A stretch of DNA of 64,000 nucleotides from the human T2T-CHM13v2.0 reference genome, Homo sapiens: the NCBI RefSeq assembly GCF_009914755.1, contig NC_060927.1, one strand, 5' to 3'. Under the pieces are notes generated by a model. It had not been told where the DNA came from. It ran no database searches and saw only the letters and a list, made by a program, of their open reading frames with translations. Positions 41,220-55,331 of this stretch are shown in pieces (position 1 is the stretch's first letter; each line of letters starts with the position of its first letter). The position numbers and the translations under genes were made by a program.

Positions 41220-41240
41220 TTCTCCTTTATCAACATGTGG
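41220..41240 (-). CDS. CADPS: CADPS 21-nt microexon (PHVDKGE)
   Basis: tttgcaaaccag|CCACATGTTGATAAAGGAGAA|gtaagt; matches the CAPS1 sequence. Confidence 0.94.
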
Positions 41241-42150
41241 CTGGTTTGCAAATTAAATGAAAAAAATCAAGTCATGGACCATTCTGCAAGGTTGGCTTGG
41301 CTGGAAATAGACACCTGCTGTTTCCATTTTAATTTACAGTAAAACCTCACTGATTCAGATTAATGGGAGAGGGGAGATGCTGGCCTGTCAGCAAAAAAAA
41401 GCCTAACTTATTGGACTTTCTAAAAAGAGGTATCCTTTTACTGTTTTTGAATGTAGCCTATAATTGGACACTAAAGTAAAAAGTATTCATTAAGTTTACA
41501 TTAGTTATTAATGCAACATAAGTGTAAACGTTTTTTAAGCATGTAATAATTATAGATAAGATGACTTATAAATTGAAGTCAAAGAAACAGTAGATTTAAT
41601 TTCATAGATCCTAGGATGGAAAAAAGGGTATTGGATTCCTCTAACTTGTAAGAAGAGTCTTTAGAATTTCCTGAGAAAGTTGAGATCAAGTTAAATATAT
41701 TACATAAGAGAAAGAGTCACATCTGCAATTGAATTTTCACAGATTCCAATATTTGGGTCTGAACCGATGAGGTTTTATTGTAGTTTCACCACCTGCAGAT
41801 GAGAGCCCTGGGGTTTAGGGCTTACTCCACTGACTACCTAGCTAAGTCCAGTAGATAGAGAAACCCTCCATGCCACCCCCAGAACTTTCCCAGACACCAG
41901 CCTTTTAGGCAGAGACCATCTAAACCCTGGAACTTGCTGGATGAAGTTCCATCTCCACCCCTGTGTGGAAGGCTGACTCTCATCAATCCTGATTCCAGAC
42001 ATTTGAAAAATTCACAAAGGTACACTAAATGTTGGCTAGTACTTATTCTTTAGTTATTCAACTAACTTTACATCTTCAGGATGAGTCCAAGAAAAGTTAT
42101 TGGGAAGACTGAGTTGCCTCCCCAGATATAATTTGCCCTAGAATGACAGG

Positions 42151-42181
<31 letters not shown>

Positions 42182-42244
42182 AAGCTCAAATGTTTGCAAT
42201 TAAAAGTTTATTAACCCAACCTCATACCTGGCTCTTACCAGCAA

Positions 42245-42556
<312 letters not shown>

Positions 42557-45049
42557 TAAAAGTTGCAAACCAGAGGTCATAAGAAGTGCCACTTCTACGA
42601 TCTATAGAGAACTTCATCCCTCATTGTAATTTAATATATTATTGAGCAAATATTTACCATCCTTGCATTAATAATCATTTAGATATTAATAGCCCTGCAA
42701 AGAACGATGACTACTGTGGCATGAATCATTGCTATTGGAGTCTGGTAGAACAGTTTAGGGATCTAGTGAACCAAGAGAATTTAAATTTGGGGACTGTAGA
42801 GTAAGTGAGGACCAGAGCTATTTTTGTACATTCAAGGGAATTCTTTTCAAAACCTTATAATCAAACCTGACTCTCCAAGAAGAACAAAATGATTCTAGCA
42901 AGGGCAGTAACAACCAGAAAGCAAAAGTGTAATTCCAATTAAATGAACAGAATCTGTGTGACCGGGTTGGGAAAGGCCAGGCTTTAAAAATATTTATTTT
43001 ATGCTTGCTCATACAGGTGAATGCTATTTTTGTACTTGAGCTAACTCACAATGTTCATGGGCATCTAAAGTCTTATAAACCTTTTCCAAAGACAATAAGG
43101 AGAATAAGGAGTTATACTTCGGCTACTAAATACTTACCCAGAGCTTTTCGTTATTCAAAGACAAAGATGTGTGCTTTAGGGGTACAGTCTACATCAAACA
43201 CACTGTATATTTTGCACACAAACTAACATGTATATATGTACTCCTCTATATACCACAATACATATATACATATACATACGTATACATAGAGAGAGATTGG
43301 GAAGGTGTAGCAACCATACATGAAGGCATAATTCGTGTGTGTATGTTTGTGAATAGATTAGACTCTGGAAACAGAGTTTAGCTGCAATTAAGAGATAACT
43401 GTGACCACTGCTACCATATACCGCATGTGTGTGCATATGATGTACTCTTAGCTGGTGAGATTTCTTTTCTTGGGACATTTAATTACTTTATCTTGGAATT
43501 TAAAATGCCTTTAAGGATTATTGTTTTTATTTTAGGTGGAGGAGGCAAGCCTACTAGTCACTTTGATTTGAGTGGTACCACCAAACAGCATGGCCACACA
43601 GCCAAGATCCAAGCTTAGGATTTAGTCTTTTGTTTTTCTTTTCTTTTCTTTTTTTTTTTTTTAATATACTGAGCACCCAGAGAACATGGTAGTGAGTACT
43701 GATCAGTAGAACATAATTGTCTTACTTTTTCTTTTGGGGAAGAAAAACCCTATGTTTAGTGTGCCAGCAGTAAGGCTACCTCTTCCACTGTACTCCAGCC
43801 AGTCTTGACCCTGGTTGTACACTGGAATCACCTGGGCAGCTTTTAAAAATTACCCATGCTCAGCACCTCCCTGGAAGATTTCAATAAATTGAGCTGGGAC
43901 AAGACCTGGAGATCTGAATTTTCAAGAGCTGTCCACGTGATTGCAATCTGTAAGTAAAAGTTGAGAACAGGTGGTAGTGCCTTTCTGGCCCACTGTACCT
44001 TGAAATGAATCTGCTCTCAACACGTTCTGTTTATTCTGTTCATTTGGTACTTTCCACACAGGTTTTGTCACTTTGATAATCAGATATTCTTATATTTTGT
44101 TTCCTTAGCAATTTGTTCCTCATAACAAAAGAGCCAAGCTTTGTGGAGTGCTCACTTTGTGCCAGGCATAACACCAGATGCTTTAATGAATGTGGCCTTC
44201 CACTCTAACAATGACCATCTATTGTTATCTCCACTTTACAGGATGAGAGAAGTTATACTGGAAGAGAAGAGGCAAAGCTAGGATTCAAAGCCAAACTTCT
44301 CTGGCACAGAGCCTAAACTCCTGGACACCCTGCGTTCTATTGCTTGAAGGACAGGCTGTCCTATGCCTAGTTGTCTTTCAAAAAGCACCAAGGTAGTTGC
44401 CTCAGTGCTCAGAAGATGGAAGACGCTCAATAGGTAGCTTTTGATTGATGGAGAAGATTTTGTGATTGGGTAAAATTTTTAATTTTGGAAAGAATCCTGT
44501 ACATTTATCTAAAAGAAAATTTGGTCTCAGGCACTTCAAAGTATGCTGAAGTTTTCATTACTAAGTTTTAAAGTTGGTAATGGGAATTGAGTTGATGTCT
44601 ACTCTATTTAATTTGAATGGCTTTTGAATATACAAGATTAAAATATTTTGTGATGATGGTTATTAGGGCAGTTTAGGATAAGGATTAACACAGCGAGAAA
44701 GGGCTTTTTGGAAAAGTGAAACGTGCCTTGTTTAGCATATAAGCCCTCCTTTGGTGTTTCTTTTGAGCAATTTAGAAAAATATACATTCTTTCTTAGCCC
44801 GTAGCAGCCTCCAAAAATAACTTGATGATAAATCAAGTATATCTGTCATTTTTCTTCTCCTCTGATTCACTTAAAAGCACAATTGTGACTGAGAAAACTG
44901 TGCTCTTTGTATTTATGTCTTCAAGAATGTGTGGGTTTGGCCCAGCATCATGGGAAGAGCCTCAACCACTCAGATCAGAGGAGGGCAGGCTGGAGCCCCT
45001 CCATGCCTCTGGAGATGACTTTGTAGACACGTGGGAAGAACACACTTAC

Positions 45050-45070
45050 CATCGCCGGAACCCCAGATGC
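45050..45070 (-). CDS. Candidate CADPS 21-nt microexon (ASGVPAM)
   Basis: ttcttttcagattgcag|GCATCTGGGGTTCCGGCGATG|gtaagt; consensus donor; in frame if the proximal CAG is used. Confidence 0.5.
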
Positions 45071-45720
45071 CTGCAATCTGAAAAGAACATCCTATAGGAT
45101 AGCGTAGGAAAAATATTCTAACCCACTTAATTGTTTACATGTTTGGAGGTTATCGATTTGCTTTTCCCTATCACTCATGGCTGTGCGTTGCGGATAGATG
45201 CTGCATGAATTAGTTCTACCTGCCTCAAGGGGTCTTACCCCCATTCTTTAAGGGTTTTCAGGGAAAAAAATTCTTCAGTACTCTCTCTATATATAAATAC
45301 TGTATATATGATTCACATAGAGACGGTTGTTGAGGAAGATTAGTATCACTCCGGTGAGCTACTGGTTACTAAGTTTGATACTCATCTGCTGTAATAAAGG
45401 TAAGTACAGACAGACATAGGAAACTACACCAGGCTAAGGACAGAATCAAGGCAGGTAGGAGGCGTTGTGTTGGGATGTAACTGCAGTCGTTGTTAAGTAT
45501 ATCAATTGCTTCATGCACGCACAAGAGAATCACCCACATTGACCCTGCCGTGGAGGGTCACCCATTCCACAAGCAGTCCACTGGAAGTTGCTGTTACATT
45601 CCTTGGGTCAGTGTTAGAAAGCAGGAGCACCAGGAAAAGTCCCATTAGAAGACATGGTACTGGAAGGGCATGCACAAAGTATGACAGCAGGTGGCTGGTT
45701 CATTCGGTTTAGTCACATAC

Positions 45721-45729
45721 CTCTTTCCC
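45721..45729 (-). CDS. CADPS: CADPS 9-nt microexon (GKE)
   Basis: ggcag|GGGAAAGAG|gtatgt; in frame; the paralog CADPS2 has GRE at this position as I recall; UGCAUG 47 nt downstream. Confidence 0.8.
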
Positions 45730-46736
45730 CTGCCATGATCAGCCAAGATTGAATAAAATAGTAGAAAAACAGGGAGGAAATTTAAATATGCAATCAGGCA
45801 TTAGTCGGGACGGCTGGATTTATGGCGTATTATATATTATTTAACTATACTGGCAATTTCCATTTAGTCATGGAATGACCATTTTAGGTACTTGAGAAAT
45901 TACTTTTAGGAAATGTCATTTTTCCCCTTTGCTGTAAATCTGAATGTAGAGAAAGGGGGAGAATTATGCAATTTTCAAAAAGATTATTTTAAGAGAGATG
46001 ATTTTAAATCTCACTTTTGAGATGAGCATTGATATAACCATTTAACCATCATGAAATTTTGGAATTTTTTTGGAAGTGTTAGGTTGTTTAAGTCCTTATA
46101 GGTTTGGGATTTAGTTAGCCTTGAAATCCCTTGGTTTATAATTATTATCAAAAGGATCATTTTGACAGTGGTTTCTTAAAAAAAGTAAGCTATATTTATT
46201 TAGATGTATGTTGGAGAATCGACAAGTTGAACGACACAGAATAATTTGCTTCTGTCACTGTGTTTAACAACCCAGGCAATCTAAGATGAAAAAAAAAATG
46301 AAGACTGTAGTACAAGCAGAGTAAGTTACCGAGATAAATTGAGAAAGAAGGTCTGTGGTTCTCATACCAAATAACTAATAAAAACAACAGTGGTGGCAAC
46401 AAAAACAACCACAAAAAACCAAAAAATATTTTGTGTTCTGGACAATGGTAACCAGATGCTGCTTGAATGATTAACTTTAAAAAGCACTCACCTCATTTGT
46501 TCATCGCTAGAAACATCTGAAAACTTAGGCCGAAACATACAACATGCAACCACTTTTTGGTTGGTTAAAATAACCTTCCAAAGACTTCTTGCAAAACTTC
46601 CACTTTCATTCCCTTTGCAATCCCAGTTAAAAGAAAATGGGTGTTAAGGCATCTTATTCACAATCTGGCTGGGAAAATCAGCTCTGCAAGCTCAGCTAAG
46701 GGACAGTAAGATACACTTCCCACCAAGCCTGCTCAC

Positions 46737-46843
46737 CTCTGCGTGGTGCTCCTCATTTTGCTGAAGAACTTCAATGACTAGTTCAGCAAGACGTATTGTA
46801 TCTTCAAGCTTTTTGGCAGGAGTGATTAACCGGCCTACATTTT
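46737..46843 (-). CDS. CADPS: CADPS coding exon, 107 nt ([36 protein letters not shown])
   Basis: CAG acceptor, GAG|GTGAGC donor; CAPS1 peptide; phase 1 to 0. Confidence 0.97.
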
Positions 46844-47695
46844 CTGTAGTACAAGAGTTTGTGTTAAAATTCAGCGAAAGTGGCAGGCTACTTTTATGGC
46901 CATTAGAACTAGTGGATAAGAAATTGAGAATAGTTATCAGTTTTTTAAAAAAAATTCATGCAAATGTTAAGTGCCATGTAATTAGTAGTGAGCAAACCAT
47001 AAAGCCATTTTATTATTATCACCATTATTATAATATATATTAGAAAAAAGCAGTGCTCCAGCTTCAAATTTGCATATGAAGCTATATTAAGTCTATGACA
47101 GCCCATATCAAATTTAGTGACATTTTGTACACATGTTCTTTAAAGACAGCATAAATGTACTATACCACTCTCTAGATTGTAATTATGCTACCTGAAGTGG
47201 GAAGATTAACAGAAGTTTAATATTGATTGCTGTTACATTTGTTTTTTAGATTAGTTATTAAATGCTACAGCGTAATTTTTCATTGCAGGCTCGCGTATGT
47301 TGGAACGTTCATTTTGAAAATGCAGATTCAAATGTCTGCTTCAAGTTGTCCAGGGAGGAGATAGAAAAGAAAAATTGGATATGCCTGGGCCATTAGTCAG
47401 GAATAATAATTCTTAAAAGGGTGTTAGGAGTAGATTATTGAATGGGTTGTGATAGTTTGTGCTACTGGTTGTTACAATTGAAATTTTATCAGTTAAACTG
47501 AAACAATGTACTTAATTGTTTTCTTTGTTTTTAGTTTCTCTTAAACTGAAAGTGTTGTATTTTTACCCAGCTCAAGAAGAATCTGAACCCTGGCTTATGT
47601 TGCCTTCTTTTTAGAGCTGAGTTCATGAGTTTGACAATGTCATTATGTTCCAAAAATTACAAACTTTTTTCCTTTGGGAAAACAGTAATATTTAA

Positions 47696-48055
<360 letters not shown>

Positions 48056-50319
48056 TGAAACTGCTTGGATTCAACCAGTCTGAATTCCAGGGGAACTTGT
48101 ATTTCATGTTTAGCCCCCTTCAAACCTTGAAGTCTCAGAGTCAGAGCACATGGGATATAGTGAAATAAACATCATTTAGTAGAATTCCCCAAGTAGGTAC
48201 ATACATTTGCAAAAGAACTGGCAAAATTTATTTTCATCTCTTCATCTGAAACAGGTATATTTTGGCTTCAGGATGTTTCTTGCTAGAAAGAATTACCTAT
48301 TACTAAATAGGAAGGTTTCTGGCAGGCAGCAGTGGGTGGGAGGAAGTAGGCAGACTTAAAATCATAAGAGATTGCTAATTTACAAAAAAAAAGGTTCTTA
48401 ATATTCTTTTATGCATTTCTTACGTAATGAACATATCAGGTCATTAGTAATTTAGGATTTAATAATGAAAAATAAATTCAGCGAGACACTATGCAAGAAG
48501 AGTGTTCTAGCAAATGGGATGTAAGGTGATTAGTGGGACAGGGTAAGACTAGCCAGGTGTTGAAAGTCTCAGTCTAACAGGGCCTGAGGGCTAGTGTGAA
48601 AATGGGCTTCCTGGATTCAAGTCAATGGAAAGCTCCATTATCTCTGCCAAACCCAGATGGAAATGTGGCTGGATCTGGTTAGAGCCTGAAGGTGGGGCTG
48701 TGGGAAACATAAACATGTGGATTAGGCAGAGAACAACCAACACTCAGAATAAGTAGATGTGGGAGCTTAGGTGCTGAGAGCCCATTGCCTGGTCTAGAGC
48801 AACATATATTTAGAGAAAGAGTGTATGACAAGATTGACTTCTGTGCTTTTGGGGCATCTGACCTGTTAGTAATTTGATAAATAGACTATCATAATTTCAT
48901 TCGTAGACTTTCAGGCATTTCTACAAACATACTGTGTATATATTTTTGGGTAATATGTGTAGAGTGAGGTATTTGCATTTTGATAGTAAATATGCACAGG
49001 CTACTATTTTTTGTTCGTTGATATTCACATTTACACATCAATTTGCAAATTCCTCATCCTATGCTTATTACCCATTCGACACATACACCCACATACACAC
49101 ATCACACACTTACATACATTTTCTAGTAACAGACAAGCCTGCACATTAATACAAATCTTCAGGAAATCCCACTTGGGGCACATCTTTGAAATCTCTTGCT
49201 TTAAAAATAGAGAGCTTTGTCCTTTTGGGTGAAACACTCCCCAAATCTAGGGGAATTCTGGCTGTTTATGACATAGGATAAATAAATAATTCATACCAAT
49301 ATTTTTATGCACTTTTTAAAAAAAAGTCAATAATTTTTATGTTTGGAAAAATCCAAGATGTTGAAGCTAGGACCACCTGAAGATTTGTTTTAATAGGCAG
49401 TACTCTTAGATTGACTACAATAGATATCAATAGATACACATAAATTGTGCATGTGCATGCAGCCATTCTATGAGTGTGTGCACATGTACGCAGATATGTG
49501 TATGCCTGATGTATATATACAGACAGTATGTTTAATAAAACCCTTTGCAATTTTACTTGAACATAAAACCATTAAAGTAAGCAGGTTAAGGATCCTTTAA
49601 TCTAGAACACTTGATCTGCCAATTAACCCATGTAGCCAGTCTTTCATTTACTATTAATTAGCTGTGATTCCATCATCTGTAGATCAAGCCACATTAGTGA
49701 GACACTGCACTATTTTCCTGTTTGTTTGCATAGCTGCTGTACTACTAGCTAAATGGCAAAATGGAACTAAAAGTAAATTCCCTAAGATGTTGTCTTTAAA
49801 GAAAATATTGTGCAAAATCCTTTAGCACTTCTTCCCTCTCCCCAACAGAGGTCAAGGAGAAATTTGTGCTTAGAAGTGATTTTTTTTTTTTTTGGCCACT
49901 TAACGCTGTCTTCAGATGAATTACAATATTCCTATCCCCCAAGCTTGCGCTAGCTGGAGCACTGATAAAATGGAACTAAAAATATAGTATACTTAAGAAC
50001 CATTTCATACAATAGAATTGAAGCTCATAACACAGAAAAAATTGTCATGCAAAATGTTATGCAACAACAATGTTATTTTGTGCTGACATTGAGATTTGAA
50101 AATGTTGCATATGTCAGACATAGCTAGACAAAAAATATGTGGACATTTGGAAATAAATGCTCTCTTTTGAGTATCTCAAAACCTATAAAATTATACTTGA
50201 GAGCCCGAGTCTCAGCTTAGTGTTCCAAACTGAAACAAAATTTCAAGAAGAAAGGTGAACAGAAAAGCAAACTAAACTAGAAAGCTGCCAAGTAGAGGAA
50301 TGATGAAAGTTTACGGTAC

Positions 50320-50418
50320 TTGATTTTGGCCTAGGCATGCCTTTGAGCCTCTGATATAACATGCTGGTCTGTGTTTGGGTGGGTGGAGGAGGAGGCCCAG
50401 GATGTGGCAGGGGAGCTG
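50320..50418 (-). CDS. Candidate CADPS cassette exon, 99 nt, phase 1/1, proline-rich (AAPLPHPGPPPPPTQTQTSMLYQRLKGMPRPKS)
   Basis: Long U/C tract, tandem AAG/CAG acceptor, open frame; donor A|GTACCG is weak. Confidence 0.35.
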
Positions 50419-53400
50419 CTTGGGTAGGTGAAGAGAGACAGTAAAAAAGTAAAGACAAAGTGACTTTAACAAAGGGTGACAAGTAAGATGACAAACTCTG
50501 AAAAGAACAACCAAATAAGCAAAAATGATAAAACACAAATGGAGAGCTGCTGCTTTCTTGGCAATTCTTCAACACTACAGAGGTGTGACATTGTTTGACA
50601 AGGACTCTTACCAGTGTCACCAGCAACCCCCACCCACCACCACCACCGAGACACTCAGAGGCTGAATGCAAATACCAGATGCTTTATCCAGATGGATACA
50701 CATGAATGATGGCAGCAGCAGCACTGACCAAAAAAAGATACACTTCGTACAATGAAGAACACCTATACATTAATAGCTGCTTCTTTTTTACAGATGACCA
50801 GAAATAGGACTTGATATATTAATAGTTGGAAGATCTGGCTTGTCATCCCCCATATGTTACTTACTTTCTACGTAACCTTGCATCTGCTACTTGAACCTCT
50901 CTGTGCTTTAGTTTCCTCATCTATAAATTGAGAGTATCTTTTCTTGTATATGTTACAGGGCTGCTGATAAGAGCAAAGAAAGCAATCTATGGGACTGATC
51001 TCTGTAAAGCTCAAGATGCCTACACATGTTTATTGCTACCTCCACATTGTGAGAAGGCTGCAATTAATTGCTTTGCAAAAGCAGATGAAGGGCCGTTATT
51101 AGTTCAAGTGAGCTAGGAAATATTCTTGCTCCCTTTGTGGAATTTCAACATGTCAAAATCTGTCATTTTGGGGGAAAATGTGTGGTATCTGATTGTTTCC
51201 AGCTCATTTAATTATTTTCAATTTGGAATTCTCGTGGCTTTTATATTGTGGGTTGAATCATATATAAAAACTTGCCAGCTTATCAAATATGTTACTTGCT
51301 ATTCCAAATGTTAGAATACTGTAATCAGCACTTGACCCATCTGTCATGTGGTTTACAATATCAGCACAGCAAACATCCTATAACAATAGCCTCTCCTTCA
51401 GTACAGGCACAGAGCACTATCAGCTTCTGCAATTCTCTCTCTTTAATGAGTGTCTCATTAACCTTGGACCTGCTCCTTTCTAATAGTTCTGGTTTATAAA
51501 GCAATCTGTATGGTGAGAGGGACATACTCCATTGCCAAGTTTCCTTCTTGGTTTGCTTGAATTTTCAACTGGGAAAATGAATTTTACTGCAGGCATGTAG
51601 GAAATGGAATTCTAGTGACATTAATAAAAAAGATTGAAAAATATGGATAAAATATAATATTCTGGCAAAAATCATCTATTAAAAGCATGAGATCCTCTTC
51701 TTGCTGGACCATTTCAGTGTTTAGAATACAGGACAAAAAAATTAACAGTTTCCTCTTATTGAAATTGTTTGGGAAAAAAATGTGTGTAAATAGAATTTGG
51801 AAGACTCAGTTTTAAATGATAACCATTTAAAAGGAGGCAACTACTAATCCTTTCATCATAAAAAATAGTACTCCATATTGTATATTTTGTTAAAATCTGG
51901 TTTTCCACTGACAGCACTGCCTAAAGTTAAGAGCATTTCTGGTAATCCATCCTCATGGCTCTTTCAGTGAATGCATGTTACCTGCATGTGCAGTTCTCAC
52001 AGAAATTCCTGACTCATTCTCACCCAGTTAACTGAACCTGGGTAGAGAAAGACTTGATCTGGTGGTGAATAAAACAATAAGGCGCCTCTGGGTTGATCTG
52101 TCACCCATGAGGCAGCAGATACATATTTCAGCTAAATGGGTCTTGATGAGAAATTCATAAAGGGATTTCCTCCTGCCAACTGTCTGTCCAGAATTCTGAC
52201 AGTGAGGTTTGCCACCATAGAAAAACAAGCTCCCTATTTTTTTTTCCTCAAAGAGCAAAACAAAAACATCATACCTTGGTTTCCAACTTCATTTACCCAA
52301 TTACCATTGCTCATGTTTACACAATTAAATCTGCTTGGCTTCCAGAGAGAGAGTTAAATGTGACTGCAGAAAAACAAAAAGAGAATTCCGCTGCAGGCTT
52401 ATCTAAGCCAAGGAAGAGATGCATCCAGGAGCAAGAGACACTCCAATTAGCCCTTAAATAACCTGACCAACTCTGGCTCTAGCTAGTGAATTGCCAGTCC
52501 CTGAAATATCATATGAGAGATGAATATGATTGATGGAAACTCACTTATTACCAAGTTCCAGCCTATTGATGTGTTGCTGAAGATGCTAGTATTTGTATTA
52601 TGCAATTACAGAAAATAACTAGCCTGTAGCAATTTGCTATGATCTGGGGGTGGGGGTAGATAAAAGCTCAAGTAGCAACAGAAAGCTTAGCAGATAGCCA
52701 CATCATACTATCCTGAATACCCAGCTTCCCTAAAATGATGGCTACATAGGCCAAAAACATGCAAGGTTGAAATCTAATACAATTTCTTTAGTGGGACTGT
52801 CTGTTATGTATACTTGATCCCCTTGATTCTCCAATATCCACTCCCTTTCAAAAGGTTCCAGCTCTAGGTCAGTCTAAAGTATGTGTTAATACAGGCTGTT
52901 GGATGGATCATGGATTTTTCCCATGCTTTTCATTGGAGCCATCGTTGTCTTTTCCCTGTAAGGACTTAGGTGGTATAGCTTGTCCAGTCTACCTCCAAAA
53001 TGTCTCTTATCTCACACCGTACTAGATCACGTGCTTATCCACACTCTTGCCGAGGGGGTGGGCATATGACTCAGGTCTCATCATTTCCACCTCAACTGTT
53101 GCTAAAGCCTCCAAGGCAGCCTTCAGTCCCTTTTCTCTTCTGCAGTTCATTCTCTGCCATGCAGCAGTCAGAGTGATCTCTGTTAAGCACACATCTGAAC
53201 TTGTCATGCTCCTGCTTAAAAACCTTTGAGAGCTTCCCTTCATGACAAGGGTTATGCCTTCATATGCCATAACAAGAGAGTGCCATCATAGCAAAGCTTC
53301 AGCTCCTCTGTCGATGCTTCTACTTGAGCACTTCTGGCCCTGGATAATAGGAAATTATATACATTTGTCTATCTCCCTGTCTGCCAGGGAATTCTGTATT

Positions 53401-53682
53401 TCTAGGGCTTAGAGCAGTGCTGGGGCCAGGGTAGGTCATCAAATATTGGTAGAAGGGAATTCTCAGTGGATCCTGTCCAATGCAGTGCTTTCATGAAAAA
53501 TAAAATGCTCTGTGTTTTCAGTATACATACAAACTACACAGGAATTCTTATCTCTTATCCAAAGTCTCTGGTTACTTAACAAATGTACTAGGCTGAATTC
53601 TGAATAGTAAACATCATAACTTAAACTTCCAAGCCAGAGAATAACATCAGGTTTCTTAATGCAATTAAATACTATTTAAGAC

Positions 53683-54009
<327 letters not shown>

Positions 54010-54164
54010 TTAACTTAATACAAATTAATTTAAATTAAAGAAAGAAATATAACACTCTTGTAATGGTTTTTATTCTCTAATTTGGTATTGTATGCCAACT
54101 CAGGCTTTGTTCCTCGGGCTGAGCTGTTGCATATAAGAAAAGTGAGCTTAATTCTGCATGGACA

Positions 54165-54640
54165 TTGTGTTGGAAATCTGTCCTTGTATGTGCAAGAACC
54201 TTGCTTAGGGGAGTTACCTTCTCTACTCCATGTTATTTTGGTGGGACTTCCAAGGAAAGTATCCTTCAGGGGAAGCCACATGAGCTACACCTGGCCAACC
54301 ATAGTACCTCATACCATCATGGGTACTATGACTGGCTCTGGGGTTAGCATGTGACCCAAGCTGGGCCACTGTGGCCCTTCTCTGGAATTGTATACAGTTG
54401 CTTGGAGAGGAATGCTCTTTTTCTTCTAGAGTCATTAGCTAGGATAAAAGGCTGGTGCTATTTGTGGCCATATTGCTTCCCAAACTTCAACCATTAGCTC
54501 CAGTCACATTAAAGAAGCCTGTCAGCAGCTGGAGATATGAAAACACATGAACATTTTTCATTTCTGAGACCAACTCCTTCATGGATTTCCTAGCTACATG
54601 AACCAAAAAATTCTCTTTTCTTGCTTAGGCTATTTGAGTT
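54165..54640. mobile_element. Degenerate ERVL/MaLR-type LTR fragment
   Basis: catgtgacccaagctgggcca and tacatgaaccaaaaaattctcttttcttgctta motifs; boundaries approximate. Confidence 0.5.
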
Positions 54641-55169
54641 CTTTTTTTTCTCTGATTCAGTAGTACTACTAAGTACCCACTTAGTCCCCAAATAAACTTT
54701 TATGTACATTGCCACAAGCTGTCTTGGGCGGGAGCTTGGAGCATCTGGAGGGATGATGAATAGAGGCAAACACTGAAACAAGGCTAGGGAACACCCCAGT
54801 CAGTTCTTCTTAGGGGTCCAGTCTTTGACCTACATCATGCCCTTCTCTGGCACTATCCCCTGCTCTGCAATTCATCAAAGACCCTGGCCTGGGTAAAATT
54901 CCCTTGTGCTGCACTCCTGTGACACCTTGCTTGTTCCCTTTACTATCATCATCAGATTGTGATTGCTTGTTTCATGTCTCTGTTTTCTTTTTTTTTTTGG
55001 TAAGCTCAACAAGGGTAGGGAGCATGACTGCTTTTGCTCATCACACACTCCCCTGGTGTCTGGCATAGCTCCTGGAACCTAGTGGATATTTAACAAATAT
55101 ATATGGAGATTGCAATGTTGTATTTGAAATTTATAATAAAAGACAATTTGAATACCTCTTATATTCCCT

Positions 55170-55331
55170 TGGCTCTCAAAGTACCATCCCTGGATCAGCA
55201 GCTTCAGCATCACCTGGAAGCTTGTTAAGAATGCATATTCCCAGGCTCCACCCCAGACCTGCTGAATCAGAACCTACATTTCAACAAGATCCCCAGTGAT
55301 TCAGATGGACATTAAAGTTGAAGAAGCACTG
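55170..55331. mobile_element. MER5A-type hAT MITE
   Basis: cagcatcacctggaagcttgttaagaatgca...ccccagacctgctgaatcagaa...aagcactg. Confidence 0.85.

Noticed and set aside
42857-42884. 28-nt exon-like segment with a good acceptor
   Set aside because: Weak GTTTGA donor and frameshifting length
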